Positions 10,287-21,278 are shown, counted from the stretch's first letter. The stretch is DNA of 43,765 nt from Thermodesulfovibrio sp. (GCA_026415595.1 JAOAGU010000001.1:1-43765), one strand, 5' to 3'. Numbers and translations are program-made. The notes: generated from the sequence alone by a model not told the origin.

Positions 10287-10619
10287 ATGGCAGAAGGAAT
10301 TTTAGAGTTAACAACTTCTTCATGGGAAAGAGAAGTATTGAATTCAAAGGGTATAGTAATGGTGGATTTCTGGGCACCATGGTGTGGACCTTGTAGAATT
10401 ATAGCTCCTACCATTGAAGAGCTTGCAAAGGAATATTTAGGAAAGATTAAGATAGGCAAACTTAATACTGATGAAAATCCTGAAGTAGCCTCACGATATG
10501 GAATAATGGGTATCCCAACTATAATGTTTTTCAAGGATGGGCAGAGAGTAGATCAGATAGTGGGCGTTGTACCTAAGTCTACTTTGAAGAGCAAGTTAGA
10601 CAAACTTCTTAGCATATAA
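10287..10619 (+). CDS. trxA: Thioredoxin
   Basis: DFWAPWCGPC, GIPT; start moved to ATG 10287 behind SD GGAGGT. Confidence 0.96.
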   Translation: MAEGILELTTSSWEREVLNSKGIVMVDFWAPWCGPCRIIAPTIEELAKEYLGKIKIGKLNTDENPEVASRYGIMGIPTIMFFKDGQRVDQIVGVVPKSTLKSKLDKLLSI

Positions 10620-10622
10620 ATT

Positions 10623-11132
10623 GTGAAAAAATTTATATTCTCCTTTTTCCTGTTTTTTCTTATTTTTTTAGATGAAGGGCAGGGAGCATTAAAGAAAGGT
10701 GACCTTGCCCCTGATTTTAACATAATAGGAATTGATGGTTATTCCTCAAATATTTATCAATTCAAGAGTAAGGTTATTTTAGTAGAATTTCTTTCAAAAA
10801 AATGTTTTGCTTGTGATATGGTTATTCCTGATATAAATCGTTTAAGAGAAAAGTTTTCTAATGAGCAATTGGTGATAATAGGCGTGCTATTTAGTGATGA
10901 GATATCAAATCTTGCAGAATTATATGACTTTTCAAAGGATAGAGGGATAAAATATCCCGTTTATTTTACAGATATTAAATATAAAAAGCTTTATAATGTT
11001 TTTGGTTTTCCAAATTTTTTTATCCTTAATGAAAAAAAACAGATAATCCAGATATACAGAGGGATCACAAGTGATACCTTTGGACTTTTAAATAGCGAGA
11101 TTGAAAAAGTTCTTAAAAAAGGGGGGAAATAG
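10623..11132 (+). CDS. Exported TlpA/ResA-like thiol-disulfide redoxin
   Basis: N-terminal signal/anchor, GDLAPDF, CxxC (CFAC), cis-Pro motif GFPNFFIL. Confidence 0.8.
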   Translation: MKKFIFSFFLFFLIFLDEGQGALKKGDLAPDFNIIGIDGYSSNIYQFKSKVILVEFLSKKCFACDMVIPDINRLREKFSNEQLVIIGVLFSDEISNLAELYDFSKDRGIKYPVYFTDIKYKKLYNVFGFPNFFILNEKKQIIQIYRGITSDTFGLLNSEIEKVLKKGGK

Positions 11133-12455
11133 GTGTTTGAAGCTTTATCAGATAAATTAGAATCTATATTTAAAAAACTCAAAGGAAAGGGAATTCTCAA
11201 AGAAGAAGACGTTGATGCTGCATTAAAGGAAATAAGAATTGCTCTTTTAGAAGCAGATGTTAATTTTAAGGTAGTAAAGTCTTTTATTGATAGAGTTAGA
11301 CAGAAGGCAATAGGAAAGGAAATTCTTGAGAGCCTCTCTCCAGCTCAACAGGTTATAAAAATCGTATATGATGAACTTTGTGAGCTACTTGGTGGAAGTA
11401 GTTCAAAAATTTCATTAAATCCTAATCCACCTACAGTTTTGATGATGGTTGGATTGCATGGTTCTGGAAAGACCACAACTGCTGCTAAGCTTGCAAAAAT
11501 TTTCAAAAAAGAAGGAAGACGTCCTATGCTTGTTGCAGCAGACCTGCAAAGACCTGCAGCAATTGAGCAGCTTGTAAAACTTGGTAAGATAATGGATGTT
11601 AAGGTTTTTCATTCATACGAGATAAAAGACCCGAGAACTCTATGTAAAGAAGCCCTAAAGACTGCAAAAATAGATAGAATGGACCCTGTAATAGTTGATA
11701 CTGCTGGTAGAATGCATGTGGATGATGAGCTTATGAATGAGTTAAAGGATGTGAGAGAAATTCTTCAGCCTAAGGAAGTCTTATTTGTAGCAGATGCTAT
11801 GACAGGGCAAGATGCAGTAAACATCGCAAAAAGTTTTAATGAAAAAATAGGTATAGATGGAGTAATTCTTACAAAGATGGATGGAGATGCAAGGGGTGGA
11901 GCTGCTCTCTCAATCAAAGAGGTTACAGGGAAGCCCATAAAATTAATAGGAACTGGAGAAAAAATAGACGCTCTTGAGGAATTTCATCCAGATAGAATAG
12001 CAAAAAGAATACTTGGCATGGGTGATGTTCTTTCTTTAATTGAACAAGCACAAAAAGCTTTTGATCAGAAGGAAGCAGAAAAACTTAAAGAAAAAATTGA
12101 CAAGGAAAGTTTTACTTTTGATGATCTAAAAGAACAGATCAGAAAAATGAAAAAAATGGGTCCACTTGAACATATACTTTCTATGCTTCCTGGAGCCAAT
12201 AAAATATTGAAAGATATAAAAATTGACGAAAAAGAGTTTGTAAGAGTTGAGGCAATTATAAACTCCATGACCCCTGAGGAAAGAAAAAATCCTAAAATTA
12301 TTAATGCAAGTAGAAGAATAAGAATAGCTAAAGGAAGCGGTACCACTGTTACAGATGTAAATAGACTCATCAAGCAGTTTAATGAAATGAAGAAAATGAT
12401 GAAAAAAATGAAGCATGGTAAGGGATTTAAGTTGCCAAAAATCTTCCCTTTCTAA
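11133..12455 (+). CDS. ffh: Signal recognition particle protein Ffh
   Basis: ALLEADVN, GSGKTT, DTAGR, TKMDGDARGG, RILGMGD, M domain. Confidence 0.98.
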   Translation: MFEALSDKLESIFKKLKGKGILKEEDVDAALKEIRIALLEADVNFKVVKSFIDRVRQKAIGKEILESLSPAQQVIKIVYDELCELLGGSSSKISLNPNPPTVLMMVGLHGSGKTTTAAKLAKIFKKEGRRPMLVAADLQRPAAIEQLVKLGKIMDVKVFHSYEIKDPRTLCKEALKTAKIDRMDPVIVDTAGRMHVDDELMNELKDVREILQPKEVLFVADAMTGQDAVNIAKSFNEKIGIDGVILTKMDGDARGGAALSIKEVTGKPIKLIGTGEKIDALEEFHPDRIAKRILGMGDVLSLIEQAQKAFDQKEAEKLKEKIDKESFTFDDLKEQIRKMKKMGPLEHILSMLPGANKILKDIKIDEKEFVRVEAIINSMTPEERKNPKIINASRRIRIAKGSGTTVTDVNRLIKQFNEMKKMMKKMKHGKGFKLPKIFPF

Positions 12456-12599
12456 GTTTTATTTTTTTATCGCTGCAAATAGTGAGATAAATATATTTAT
12501 AATTTGGAATAATACCTTAAAAAAGAGAGAAAAAAATAGAAAAAAGTAAATATTTGCCAATTTTAGCCATAAAAAAGCAATATGTTTTAATTTTAGCTC

Positions 12600-12654
12600 T
12601 TGCTTAGAAATTCAAAATCCAGTTATATTAGCACTCAATAGGGTTAGTTGCTAA
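12600..12654 (+). promoter_or_regulatory. groES promoter with degenerate CIRCE
   Basis: TTGCTT (12600-12605), 18 nt, TATATT (12624-12629) overlapping TTAGCACTC-N9-AGTTGCTAA (12628-12654). Confidence 0.85.
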
Positions 12655-12685
12655 TAATCAAAAAATCTAATAAAAGGAGGAGGCT

Positions 12686-12952
12686 ATGAAGATTAAACCA
12701 CTCAAGGACAGAGTTGTTGTGAAGTATTCTTCAGAGGAACTTGAAAAAACCCCAGGTGGAATCTATGTCCCGGATGTAGCCAAAGAGAAGCCGCAGAAGG
12801 GAACTGTTATTGAAATTGGTTCAGAGGTAAAAGAGGTAAAAGTTGGAGATACTGTTCTTTTTGACAAGTATGCAGGTTCTAAAATTAAAGTTGATGATGT
12901 AGAGTATTTAATCATCAAAGAAGAAGAAATTCTCGGTATTGTGGAAAAATAA
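12686..12952 (+). CDS. groES: Co-chaperonin GroES
   Basis: [39 protein letters not shown]. Confidence 0.97.
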   Translation: MKIKPLKDRVVVKYSSEELEKTPGGIYVPDVAKEKPQKGTVIEIGSEVKEVKVGDTVLFDKYAGSKIKVDDVEYLIIKEEEILGIVEK

Positions 12953-12976
12953 AAAGTTTGAAAAGGAGGGTATGAT

Positions 12977-14602
12977 ATGGCAGCAAAGCAGTTAATATTT
13001 GGTGATGGAGCAAGACAGGCTGTATTAAGAGGTATAACAATTCTTACAGACGCTGTAAAAGCAACATTGGGACCAAGAGGAAGGAATGTTGTTATTGACA
13101 GGAAATTTGGCTCTCCCAATGTAACAAAAGATGGAGTGACTGTTGCAAAGGAAATAGAACTCAAAGAACCCTTTGAAAACATGGGTGCTCAGCTTGTTCG
13201 TGAAGTTGCCTCAAAAACCTCAGACGTAGCAGGTGACGGAACAACTACTGCTACTGTACTTGCTTATGCAATTTATAAGGAAGGACTTAAATATGTCTCT
13301 GCTGGAGCTAACTCAATGGATCTGAAGAGAGGAATTGATAAAGCAGTTGAAGCAGTAGTAGAAGAGCTCAAAAAAATATCAAAACCTGTTGTAAATAAGA
13401 AAGAGATTGCACAGGTTGGAACCATTTCAGCAAACAATGATTCTTCAATCGGCGAACTCATTGCAGAAGCTATGGATAAGGTTGGTAAGGATGGCGTAAT
13501 AACCGTTGAGGAAGCAAAAGGAATGGCTACAACCCTTGATATTGTTGAGGGAATGCAGTTTGACCGTGGTTATATTTCACCTTATTTTATCACGGATCCA
13601 GAGAGACTTGAGTGTGTTCTTGAGGATACCTTTGTTTTGATTCATGACAAGAAAATTTCAAGCATGAAAGACCTTCTTTCCATTCTTGAGCAGATCGCAA
13701 GAATGGGAAGACCACTTCTTATTATTGCAGAGGATGTTGAAGGTGAAGCTCTTGCTACATTAGTAGTAAACAAGCTTCGCGGAGTTCTTCAAGTTTGCGC
13801 TGTTAAAGCTCCTGGCTTTGGAGAGAGAAGAAAGGCTATGCTTGAGGATATTGCCATACTCACAGGTGGTACAGTAATATCTGAGGATATAGGTCTTAAG
13901 CTTGAAAATATAAAAATAGAAGACCTTGGCAGAGCAAAAAAGATTATTATTGATAAGGACAATACAACAATTGTTGAAGGTGCAGGAGACCCACAGAAAA
14001 TTCAGGCAAGAATCAAACAGATAAAGGTTCAGATTGATGAGACCACATCAGACTATGACAGAGAAAAACTTCAGGAACGCCTTGCAAAACTTGCAGGTGG
14101 AGTGGCAAGAATCAATGTTGGTGCTGCTACTGAATCTGAAATGAAGGAAAAGAAAGCAAGAGTTGAAGATGCTTTAAATGCAACCAGAGCTGCAGTTGAG
14201 GAAGGAATTGTTCCTGGTGGTGGAGTAGCTCTTCTCAGATGTCAAAAAGCACTAAAAGGTCTTAAGCTTGAAAACCATGACCAGCAACTTGGTGTTGATA
14301 TTATAAAGAAAGCACTTGAAGAGCCAATAAAACAGATTATTGCTAATGCAGGTGTTGAGGCTACATTAATTGTTGAAAAAGTAAAGGAAAGTAAGAACAT
14401 CAACTACGGATATGATGCCTATGTAGAAAAATTTGTAGACATGATGGAAGCTGGTATCATTGACCCAACCAAAGTTACAAGAATAGCTCTTCAGAATGCT
14501 GCTTCAGTTGCTGGACTCATGCTTACCACAGAAGTTTTGGTAGCAGAGATGCCTGAAGAGGAAAAGAAAACACCGATGCCTTCACCTCCTGACATGTACT
14601 AA
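12977..14602 (+). CDS. groEL: Chaperonin GroEL
   Basis: [35 protein letters not shown]. Confidence 0.99.
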   Translation: MAAKQLIFGDGARQAVLRGITILTDAVKATLGPRGRNVVIDRKFGSPNVTKDGVTVAKEIELKEPFENMGAQLVREVASKTSDVAGDGTTTATVLAYAIYKEGLKYVSAGANSMDLKRGIDKAVEAVVEELKKISKPVVNKKEIAQVGTISANNDSSIGELIAEAMDKVGKDGVITVEEAKGMATTLDIVEGMQFDRGYISPYFITDPERLECVLEDTFVLIHDKKISSMKDLLSILEQIARMGRPLLIIAEDVEGEALATLVVNKLRGVLQVCAVKAPGFGERRKAMLEDIAILTGGTVISEDIGLKLENIKIEDLGRAKKIIIDKDNTTIVEGAGDPQKIQARIKQIKVQIDETTSDYDREKLQERLAKLAGGVARINVGAATESEMKEKKARVEDALNATRAAVEEGIVPGGGVALLRCQKALKGLKLENHDQQLGVDIIKKALEEPIKQIIANAGVEATLIVEKVKESKNINYGYDAYVEKFVDMMEAGIIDPTKVTRIALQNAASVAGLMLTTEVLVAEMPEEEKKTPMPSPPDMY

Positions 14603-14622
14603 TTATTTATAACAAAAAATTT

Positions 14623-14654
14623 AAAGGGCAGAGTCAGAACTCTGCCCTTTTTTT
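14623..14654 (+). terminator. Rho-independent terminator after groEL
   Basis: AAAGGGCAGAGT-CAGA-ACTCTGCCCTTT followed by T run. Confidence 0.92.
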
Positions 14655-14697
14655 ATGTTATGATATATATAAAGTAAAAAATTTATATGGAGGACAG

Positions 14698-15141
14698 ATG
14701 AAGGTTATTCTTAAAGAGGATGTGCCCACCTTAGGAAAAGCAGGTCAAATTATTAATGTAAAAGACGGTTATGCAAGAAACTTTCTAATTCCAAGGGGTC
14801 TTGCTTTTGTAGCTGATGAAAAGAATATAAAGCTTTTAGAGTATCAAAAGAAAAAAATTGAAGAAGAAGCAAAGAAGAAGCGTCAAGATGCTGAATCAGT
14901 TGCTCTAAGACTCTCTGAGATTCAACTTACTATCAAAGCAAAGGCAGGTGAAGATCACAAGCTTTTTGGTTCAGTTACATCAAAAGATATAGCTGAAGCA
15001 TTGGAAAAGCAAGGATTTTCAATTGATAAAAAGCAGGTCAACATAGTAGAACCTATCAAAAGATTAGGAGAATACGAGGTGGAAGTAAAATTGCATTCAA
15101 ATATTATCACAAAAATTAAAGTAAATATTATAGCTGAGTAA
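14698..15141 (+). CDS. rplI: 50S ribosomal protein L9
   Basis: MKVIL, VKDGYARNFLIPRGLA, KLFGSVT. Confidence 0.98.
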   Translation: MKVILKEDVPTLGKAGQIINVKDGYARNFLIPRGLAFVADEKNIKLLEYQKKKIEEEAKKKRQDAESVALRLSEIQLTIKAKAGEDHKLFGSVTSKDIAEALEKQGFSIDKKQVNIVEPIKRLGEYEVEVKLHSNIITKIKVNIIAE

Positions 15142-16523
15142 TGGCTTATTTAAAGAGCATAGAAACATCTATTGATAGGCTACCACCTCAAAGCCTGGAA
15201 GCTGAACAGGCTGTCTTAGGAGCAATAATTCTTGAGGGAGAGTCAATAACAAAGGCAATAGAAATATTGTCCCCAGAGGATTTTTATAGAGAAGCTCACA
15301 GAAAAATCTATAATTCCATGCTTGAGCTTTTTAATAAAAATGAACCTATAGACCTAATTACAATCACTGAACATCTGCGAGACAAAGGTGAACTGGAAGA
15401 AGTTGGAGGACTTCCCTATCTTAGCACTCTTGCTACAGTTGTACCTACTGCAGCCAATATAAGATATCATGCTAAGCTTGTTAGAGAAAAGGCACTTATG
15501 AGAGCAGTTATTCGTGCTTGCACAGAAATTGTAACAAAAGTTTATGAAGAACCAGAAGATGCTGAGGAAATGCTTGATTATGCCGAAAAGTTAATTTTTG
15601 AGATTTCAGAAAAAAGAACTAATACGAGCCTTTTCCAGATGAAAGAAGTTGTTAAGAGTACTCTTAAAATGATAGAGTCCATGTATGAAAGGAAGGCTGT
15701 TATAACAGGGATTCCTTCAGGATTCAAAGATTTAGATGAGCTTACAAGTGGATTTCAACCAGGAGATTTGATAATTATTGGTGGACGTCCAGGAATGGGA
15801 AAGACAGCCTTTTCTCTTAATATTGCTCAACACGTTAGTGTCGAGCTTGGAGAACCTGTTGCTTTCTTCAGTCTTGAGATGTCAAAAGAACAGATCGGCT
15901 TCAGGCTTTTTAGTTCTCTTGCCATGGTGAATGCATCTGCTTTGCGAAAAGGATTTATTGGTAAAAGAGATTGGGAAAGGGTAACTGAAGCTGCTGTTAA
16001 GTTAAGTGAAGCTCCTATTTATATAGATGATGCCTCACAAATGAGCGTTCTTGAGATAAGAGCAAAGGCAAGAAGGCTTAAAATGGAAAAAGGAAAATTA
16101 AGTCTTATAATAATAGACTATTTACAGCTTATGCGAAGCAGAACAGCATATGATAGAAGAGAGCAGGAAATATCTGAAATTTCTCGTTCTCTGAAAGCTA
16201 TGGCAAAAGAACTGAAAGTACCTGTGATTGCTCTTAGTCAGTTAAATCGTTCTGTAGAAAAGACCACAGATAGACGTCCTACTCTGGCTAATTTAAGAGA
16301 ATCTGGAGCAATAGAACAAGATGCAGATGTAATAATCTTTCTTTACAGGGATGAAGTTTATAACAAAAAAAATACAGCCAATAAAGGCAAAGCAGAAGTA
16401 ATAGTAGCAAAACAGAGAAACGGTCCTACTGATACTGTCTATCTGACATTTCTTAGTGACTATACACGTTTCCTTGATTTTACAGATAAATACATGGGAA
16501 CAGAAATAGAAGAGGACATGTAG
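15141..16523 (+). CDS. dnaB: Replicative DNA helicase DnaB
   Basis: PPQSLEAEQAVLG, GRPGMGKT, FSLEMS, DYLQL, SQLNR, LRESGAIEQDAD; no intein. Confidence 0.98.
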   Translation: MAYLKSIETSIDRLPPQSLEAEQAVLGAIILEGESITKAIEILSPEDFYREAHRKIYNSMLELFNKNEPIDLITITEHLRDKGELEEVGGLPYLSTLATVVPTAANIRYHAKLVREKALMRAVIRACTEIVTKVYEEPEDAEEMLDYAEKLIFEISEKRTNTSLFQMKEVVKSTLKMIESMYERKAVITGIPSGFKDLDELTSGFQPGDLIIIGGRPGMGKTAFSLNIAQHVSVELGEPVAFFSLEMSKEQIGFRLFSSLAMVNASALRKGFIGKRDWERVTEAAVKLSEAPIYIDDASQMSVLEIRAKARRLKMEKGKLSLIIIDYLQLMRSRTAYDRREQEISEISRSLKAMAKELKVPVIALSQLNRSVEKTTDRRPTLANLRESGAIEQDADVIIFLYRDEVYNKKNTANKGKAEVIVAKQRNGPTDTVYLTFLSDYTRFLDFTDKYMGTEIEEDM

Positions 16524-16524
16524 T

Positions 16525-17334
16525 ATGACCATAAGAAAGCCTGCTGTAGCTGGTTATTTTTATCCTTCAAATCCAAGAGAATTAATTTCTGAAATAGAAG
16601 AGTATATGCCCTTACGAGGAACCCTTGACGCTTTAGGTGCTATATCTCCTCATGCTGGATATATCTACTCAGGACATGTGGCAGGTGCGGTTTATTCTAA
16701 AATTAAACCAAAAAATGTTTATATTCTTATTGGACCAAATCATACTGGCTATGGAGCAGATATATCAGTAATGACCGAGGGGCAGTGGGAAATACCCATT
16801 GGGAAAATTGATATTAAGCAAGACCTTTCAAATGCAATAATTGAAAAAGTTGCATTAGCAAAAAAAGACTCTCAGGCTCATCTTTATGAACACTCTCTGG
16901 AGGTTCAGCTTCCCTTCATCTATAAGCTAAATCCTGATGCTAAAATTGTTCCCATTATATTGAAGATGATAGACCTTAAAAGTTCTATAGAGCTTGCAAA
17001 TGCTATATCTTCTGCACTGAAAGAGCTTAATCTTACAGAACAATCAATTATTATTTCAAGTACGGATATGAGTCATTATTTGCCGGATGATTTAGCAAGA
17101 AAGGTTGATTCCTTGGCAACAGAAAAAATAAAAAATTTTGATCCAGAAGGTCTTTACCACACCGTTTTATCCCATAAAATTTCCATGTGTGGATTCCTTC
17201 CAACGGTAACAATGCTATATGCAACAAAAATGCTTGGAGCGAGGGAGGTTCAGATTGTGAAGTATACAACCTCTGCAGAAGTTAGCAGAGATTATGATAA
17301 AGTTGTAGGTTATTTAGGTGCGATTGTCCTCTAA
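16525..17334 (+). CDS. amrB: MEMO1-family protein (AmmeMemoRadiSam system protein B)
   Basis: RKPAVAGYFYP, PHAGYIYSG, GPNHTG, EHSLEVQLPF, SSTDMSHY, SMCG, VVGY. Confidence 0.92.
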   Translation: MTIRKPAVAGYFYPSNPRELISEIEEYMPLRGTLDALGAISPHAGYIYSGHVAGAVYSKIKPKNVYILIGPNHTGYGADISVMTEGQWEIPIGKIDIKQDLSNAIIEKVALAKKDSQAHLYEHSLEVQLPFIYKLNPDAKIVPIILKMIDLKSSIELANAISSALKELNLTEQSIIISSTDMSHYLPDDLARKVDSLATEKIKNFDPEGLYHTVLSHKISMCGFLPTVTMLYATKMLGAREVQIVKYTTSAEVSRDYDKVVGYLGAIVL

Positions 17335-17911
17335 ACTTCCTTTAACTTCAGCTATTTTAGCAGGTGGTAAATCAACAAGAATAAAAAAAACAAAATGCTT
17401 GATCACTATAAATAACGAAAAAATAATAGAAATATTACTTAAAAAATTGAAAAATATTTTCCATGAGATTTTCATAATTACAAATTTTCCAGAGCTTTAT
17501 TTCAATTATGGTTATCCTTTAATAGGTGATATATATCCCTTTAAAGGTCCTATGGCAGGGATACATGCAGCAATGAAGAATTCTAAATATGATGTTTTTG
17601 CCTTTGCCTGTGATATGCCATTTATAGAGGAAACATTAATTTTTGAACTTGCAGAAAAACATTTCCTAAAAAATACAGACATTACAGTCTCTTCTTTCAA
17701 AGATAAACTTTATCCCCTACCCGGTATTTATTCAAAACATATTTTCTCTTACATAGAAAATTTATTGTCAGAAGATAAGCTCAGTATGAGGAAATTAATA
17801 CATGATGTTAAGTCTCAAATAATTGAAGTTGCAAAATTAGATAAGGAAGGAGTATCTTTTATTAATATAAACACGCAGGAAGATTTAGAAAATTTAAAAA
17901 GGAGGAATTAA
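17318..17911 (+). CDS. mobA: Molybdenum cofactor guanylyltransferase
   Basis: [29 protein letters not shown]. Confidence 0.9.
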   Translation: MRLSSKLPLTSAILAGGKSTRIKKTKCLITINNEKIIEILLKKLKNIFHEIFIITNFPELYFNYGYPLIGDIYPFKGPMAGIHAAMKNSKYDVFAFACDMPFIEETLIFELAEKHFLKNTDITVSSFKDKLYPLPGIYSKHIFSYIENLLSEDKLSMRKLIHDVKSQIIEVAKLDKEGVSFININTQEDLENLKRRN

Positions 17912-17912
17912 A

Positions 17913-18101
17913 ATGTTCGGATTAGGAACACAGGAATTACTCATTATTCTTGTAATAGTAATTGTACTTTTTGGTGCAACAAGACTACCCCAAATCGGCA
18001 GAGGAATTGGCGAGGCTATAAAGAACTTTAAAAAGGCAACCTCTGAAAAAGAAGAGATAGATGTAACACCCAAAAAGGAAAATCCAGAAGACAAGAAATA
18101 A
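17913..18101 (+). CDS. tatA: Twin-arginine translocase TatA/E
   Basis: [13 protein letters not shown]...[23 protein letters not shown]. Confidence 0.95.
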   Translation: MFGLGTQELLIILVIVIVLFGATRLPQIGRGIGEAIKNFKKATSEKEEIDVTPKKENPEDKK

Positions 18102-18103
18102 AT

Positions 18104-19195
18104 GTGAGCAGATTTCTTCAGGCAGATATTGATTTAAGAGCTTTAATTCACAACTTTCAGTTTATAAAATCTATCGTAAAAGAAGCTAACCAGAAAAATA
18201 AAATAGTTGCTATTGTTAAAGCAGATGCTTATGGTCATGGAGCAGTAGAGATATCCAGGACCTTACAAAAAGAGAAAGTTGACTATTTAGGAGTAGCCTT
18301 TTATGAAGAGGCTGTTTTGTTAAGAGATGCAGGAATAAACTGCCCAATTTTGCTTCTTTTTGACAGAGAGATTGAAGGCATATTTAAATACAACTTAACC
18401 CCGGTAATATTTGATATAAAGCATGCAGAAAAACTATCAAGGTATGCAAAAAAGAAGAATGTAGTGTTTTCAGTACATGTTAAAGTAGAGACAGGTATGG
18501 GAAGGCTTGGACTCTATAAAAATATCTGTGAGCAGGTTATAAAAATTGCTAATATGCCTAATTTAAAACTGGAAGGAGTAATGAGTCATCTATCTGTAGC
18601 TGAGGATCGTGATTGGAGCTTGCAACAGATAAATAAATTAAAAGAATTGAAAAATTGTCTTAAAACCTTAAGAATTAATCCTATATTCCATATTGCCAAT
18701 TCTGCTGGGCTTTTTTTAGACAAAGCACTATTTGATGCTGTGAGACCTGGACTTATTTTGTATGGTTATGCAACAAATAGAAGTCTACAAGGTATAACAC
18801 CTTGTATGACAGTAAAAACTAAAATTCTTGATATAAGAAGACTTCCTAAAAATACTCCCATAAGTTATGGAAAAACTTTCATAACTAAAAGAGACAGCCT
18901 TATTGGTGTTATACCCATAGGATATGCTGATGGATATTTCAGAAGATTAAGTAATAGAGGCTTTATGATTGTAAAGGGCAAAAAAGCCCCTGTAGTTGGT
19001 ACAGTCTGCATGGACCTTACAATGATTGATCTTACAGAAATTCAGGAAGCAAAAATAGGAGATGAAGTAATAATACTTGGAAGTTCTGGAGAAGAAAAAA
19101 TTACAGCATGGGACATTGCTGATTGGTCAGATACAATTGCCTACGAAGTTTTAACATCTCTTGGAAGCAAAGCCAAAAGAAAATATATCTATTAA
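18104..19195 (+). CDS. alr: Alanine racemase
   Basis: AIVKADAYGHG, HVKVETGMGRLG, VRPGL, GYADG, VCMD. Confidence 0.97.
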   Translation: MSRFLQADIDLRALIHNFQFIKSIVKEANQKNKIVAIVKADAYGHGAVEISRTLQKEKVDYLGVAFYEEAVLLRDAGINCPILLLFDREIEGIFKYNLTPVIFDIKHAEKLSRYAKKKNVVFSVHVKVETGMGRLGLYKNICEQVIKIANMPNLKLEGVMSHLSVAEDRDWSLQQINKLKELKNCLKTLRINPIFHIANSAGLFLDKALFDAVRPGLILYGYATNRSLQGITPCMTVKTKILDIRRLPKNTPISYGKTFITKRDSLIGVIPIGYADGYFRRLSNRGFMIVKGKKAPVVGTVCMDLTMIDLTEIQEAKIGDEVIILGSSGEEKITAWDIADWSDTIAYEVLTSLGSKAKRKYIY

Positions 19196-19211
19196 AGGGA
19201 GGTAATAGAAA

Positions 19212-20402
19212 ATGATTTCTGAAAGAGCAAAGAAAGTTAAACCGTCACCAACTCTTGCCGTTGACTCAAAAGCAAAGGAAATGAAAACGAAAGGTTTAGA
19301 TGTTGTAAATTTTGGTGTAGGAGAGCCAGATTTTGATACCCCTGAGCATATTAAAGAATCAGCCATAAAAGCAATAAAAGATGGATTCACAAAATATACT
19401 CCCGTTGGTGGAATTGATGAACTTAAAGAAGCAATTATTGAAAAACTTGAAAAGGAAAATGGTCTTAAATATAAAAAAGAAAATATTCTTGTCTCCTGCG
19501 GAGCTAAACACTCTCTTTATAACATTGCTCAGGCACTGTTTGGTCCTGGAGATGAAGTAATAATACCAGCACCTTACTGGGTATCATATCCGGATCAGGT
19601 TTTGCTCAATGATGCAACGCCAGTGATTGTAGATACTTACGAGAAAGATGATTTTATGCTATTACCCGAAGCTTTAAAAGAAAAAATAACACCTAATACA
19701 AAAGCTATTATAATAAACTCTCCGTCAAATCCCACAGGTTTTATTTATGATGAAAAAACTTTACAAGCAATAGCTGAAATAGCCCTCAAAAACAATCTTT
19801 ATATAATATCTGACGAGATTTACGAAAAACTTATTTATGATAACAATAAACATATAAGTATAGCCTCTTTCAGTGAAGAAATAAAGGAAAAAACAATTGT
19901 CGTAAATGGTTTAAGTAAATCTCACGCCATGACAGGATGGAGAATAGGATATGCTGCAGGACCTGTTGAAATTATAAAGGCAATGACAAACATTCAGAGT
20001 CAGTCCACATCAAATCCTACATCAATAGCTCAAAAAGCAGCAGTTGCTGCATTGAAGGGTCCTCAGGATTTTGTTGAGATAATGAGAAAAGAGTTTGAAA
20101 AAAGAAGAAACTATCTTGTAGATGAATTGAACAAAATTTTTGGAATTTCCTGTAAAATGCCAAAGGGAGCCTTTTATGCATTTCCTAATGTCAACAAAAT
20201 TCTATCCAAAAAAGTAAACTCATATGAAATTAATTCATCTATGGATTTAAGCATTTATCTTCTTGAGAAAGCACAGGTTGCCCTTGTCCCTGGCTCTGCC
20301 TTCGGAGCTGAAGGTTATATTAGAATATCCTACGCTACAAGTATAGATAATCTTAAGAAAGGTATAGAAAGAATAAAAAAAGCCTTGGAAGAAATTTCAT
20401 GA
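19212..20402 (+). CDS. aspC: PLP-dependent class I aminotransferase (aspartate aminotransferase-like)
   Basis: GEPDFDTP, PYWVSY, NSPSNPTG, SDEIYE, SKSHAMTGWRIG. Confidence 0.9.
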   Translation: MISERAKKVKPSPTLAVDSKAKEMKTKGLDVVNFGVGEPDFDTPEHIKESAIKAIKDGFTKYTPVGGIDELKEAIIEKLEKENGLKYKKENILVSCGAKHSLYNIAQALFGPGDEVIIPAPYWVSYPDQVLLNDATPVIVDTYEKDDFMLLPEALKEKITPNTKAIIINSPSNPTGFIYDEKTLQAIAEIALKNNLYIISDEIYEKLIYDNNKHISIASFSEEIKEKTIVVNGLSKSHAMTGWRIGYAAGPVEIIKAMTNIQSQSTSNPTSIAQKAAVAALKGPQDFVEIMRKEFEKRRNYLVDELNKIFGISCKMPKGAFYAFPNVNKILSKKVNSYEINSSMDLSIYLLEKAQVALVPGSAFGAEGYIRISYATSIDNLKKGIERIKKALEEIS

Positions 20403-21277
20403 ATGAATTTAAATTTGGATATGTTGCTTTAATTGGAAAACCAAACGTGGGAAAATCTACCCTTCTTAATACAATTTTAGGGGAGAAAGTTTCTATAGTT
20501 ACTGAAAAACCTCAAACAACTCGTAATAAGATAATTGGAATAAAAAATACTTCCAATGCTCAGATAGTTTTTGTTGATACTCCAGGTATGCATAGACCAA
20601 AGCATAAACTTGGAGAGTTTATGGTGAAACAATGTCATGAGGCAATGGAATTAGTAGATATGATTATTCTTATGGTTGAGCCTGAACCTCCTAAGGAAGC
20701 TGATCTATTAATTATTGAAAAATTAAGGAAAATAAATAAACCTGTTATTCTTGCAATAAATAAAATAGATACAATAATGAAACAGCAGCTTTTACCGTTG
20801 ATTGATTTATATAAAGACCTTTTTCCATTTAAGGAAATCATACCAATTTCTGCTTTAAAAAATGACGGAGTTGACAGACTCCTTGATAGGATAATTTCTT
20901 ATTTACCAAAGGGAGAAAAACTATATCCCGAAGATATGCTGACAGACATGACAGAGCGATTTATTGTTGCTGAATTTCTAAGAGAAAAAATAATTAAATA
21001 TACAGAAGATGAAATTCCTTACTCTGTTGCAGTAGATATTGAAAAATGGGAAGAAAGCGAGACTCTGCTCAGAATAGGAGCTAATATTTATGTTGAAAGA
21101 GAAGGTCAAAAAATTATTATAATAGGTAAAAAAGGAGAAAAACTTAAAAAAATTGCTACAGAAGCAAGGCTTGATATGGAAAGGCTTTTAGGCATAAAAA
21201 TTTTTCTTGAAGTATGGGTAAAAGTTAGAAAAAAATGGAGACAAAAAGAAATATTATTAAAATCATTGGGGTATTAA
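20399..21277 (+). CDS. era: GTPase Era
   Basis: GKPNVGKST, PQTTR, DTPG, NKID, DEIPYS, KH domain IIIGKKG. Confidence 0.98.
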   Translation: MNEFKFGYVALIGKPNVGKSTLLNTILGEKVSIVTEKPQTTRNKIIGIKNTSNAQIVFVDTPGMHRPKHKLGEFMVKQCHEAMELVDMIILMVEPEPPKEADLLIIEKLRKINKPVILAINKIDTIMKQQLLPLIDLYKDLFPFKEIIPISALKNDGVDRLLDRIISYLPKGEKLYPEDMLTDMTERFIVAEFLREKIIKYTEDEIPYSVAVDIEKWEESETLLRIGANIYVEREGQKIIIIGKKGEKLKKIATEARLDMERLLGIKIFLEVWVKVRKKWRQKEILLKSLGY

Positions 21278-21278
21278 A

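Noticed and set aside
12554-12580. Sigma-54-like TGGC...GGCA on the minus strand upstream of groES
   Set aside because: GG-to-GC spacing is one base short and it points antisense into ffh
15141-16523. Possible intein in DnaB
   Set aside because: Normal length with contiguous helicase motifs
16525-17334. MEMO1 gene as part of a complete AmmeMemoRadiSam cluster
   Set aside because: No AMMECR1 or radical SAM gene is adjacent; dispersed arrangement is common
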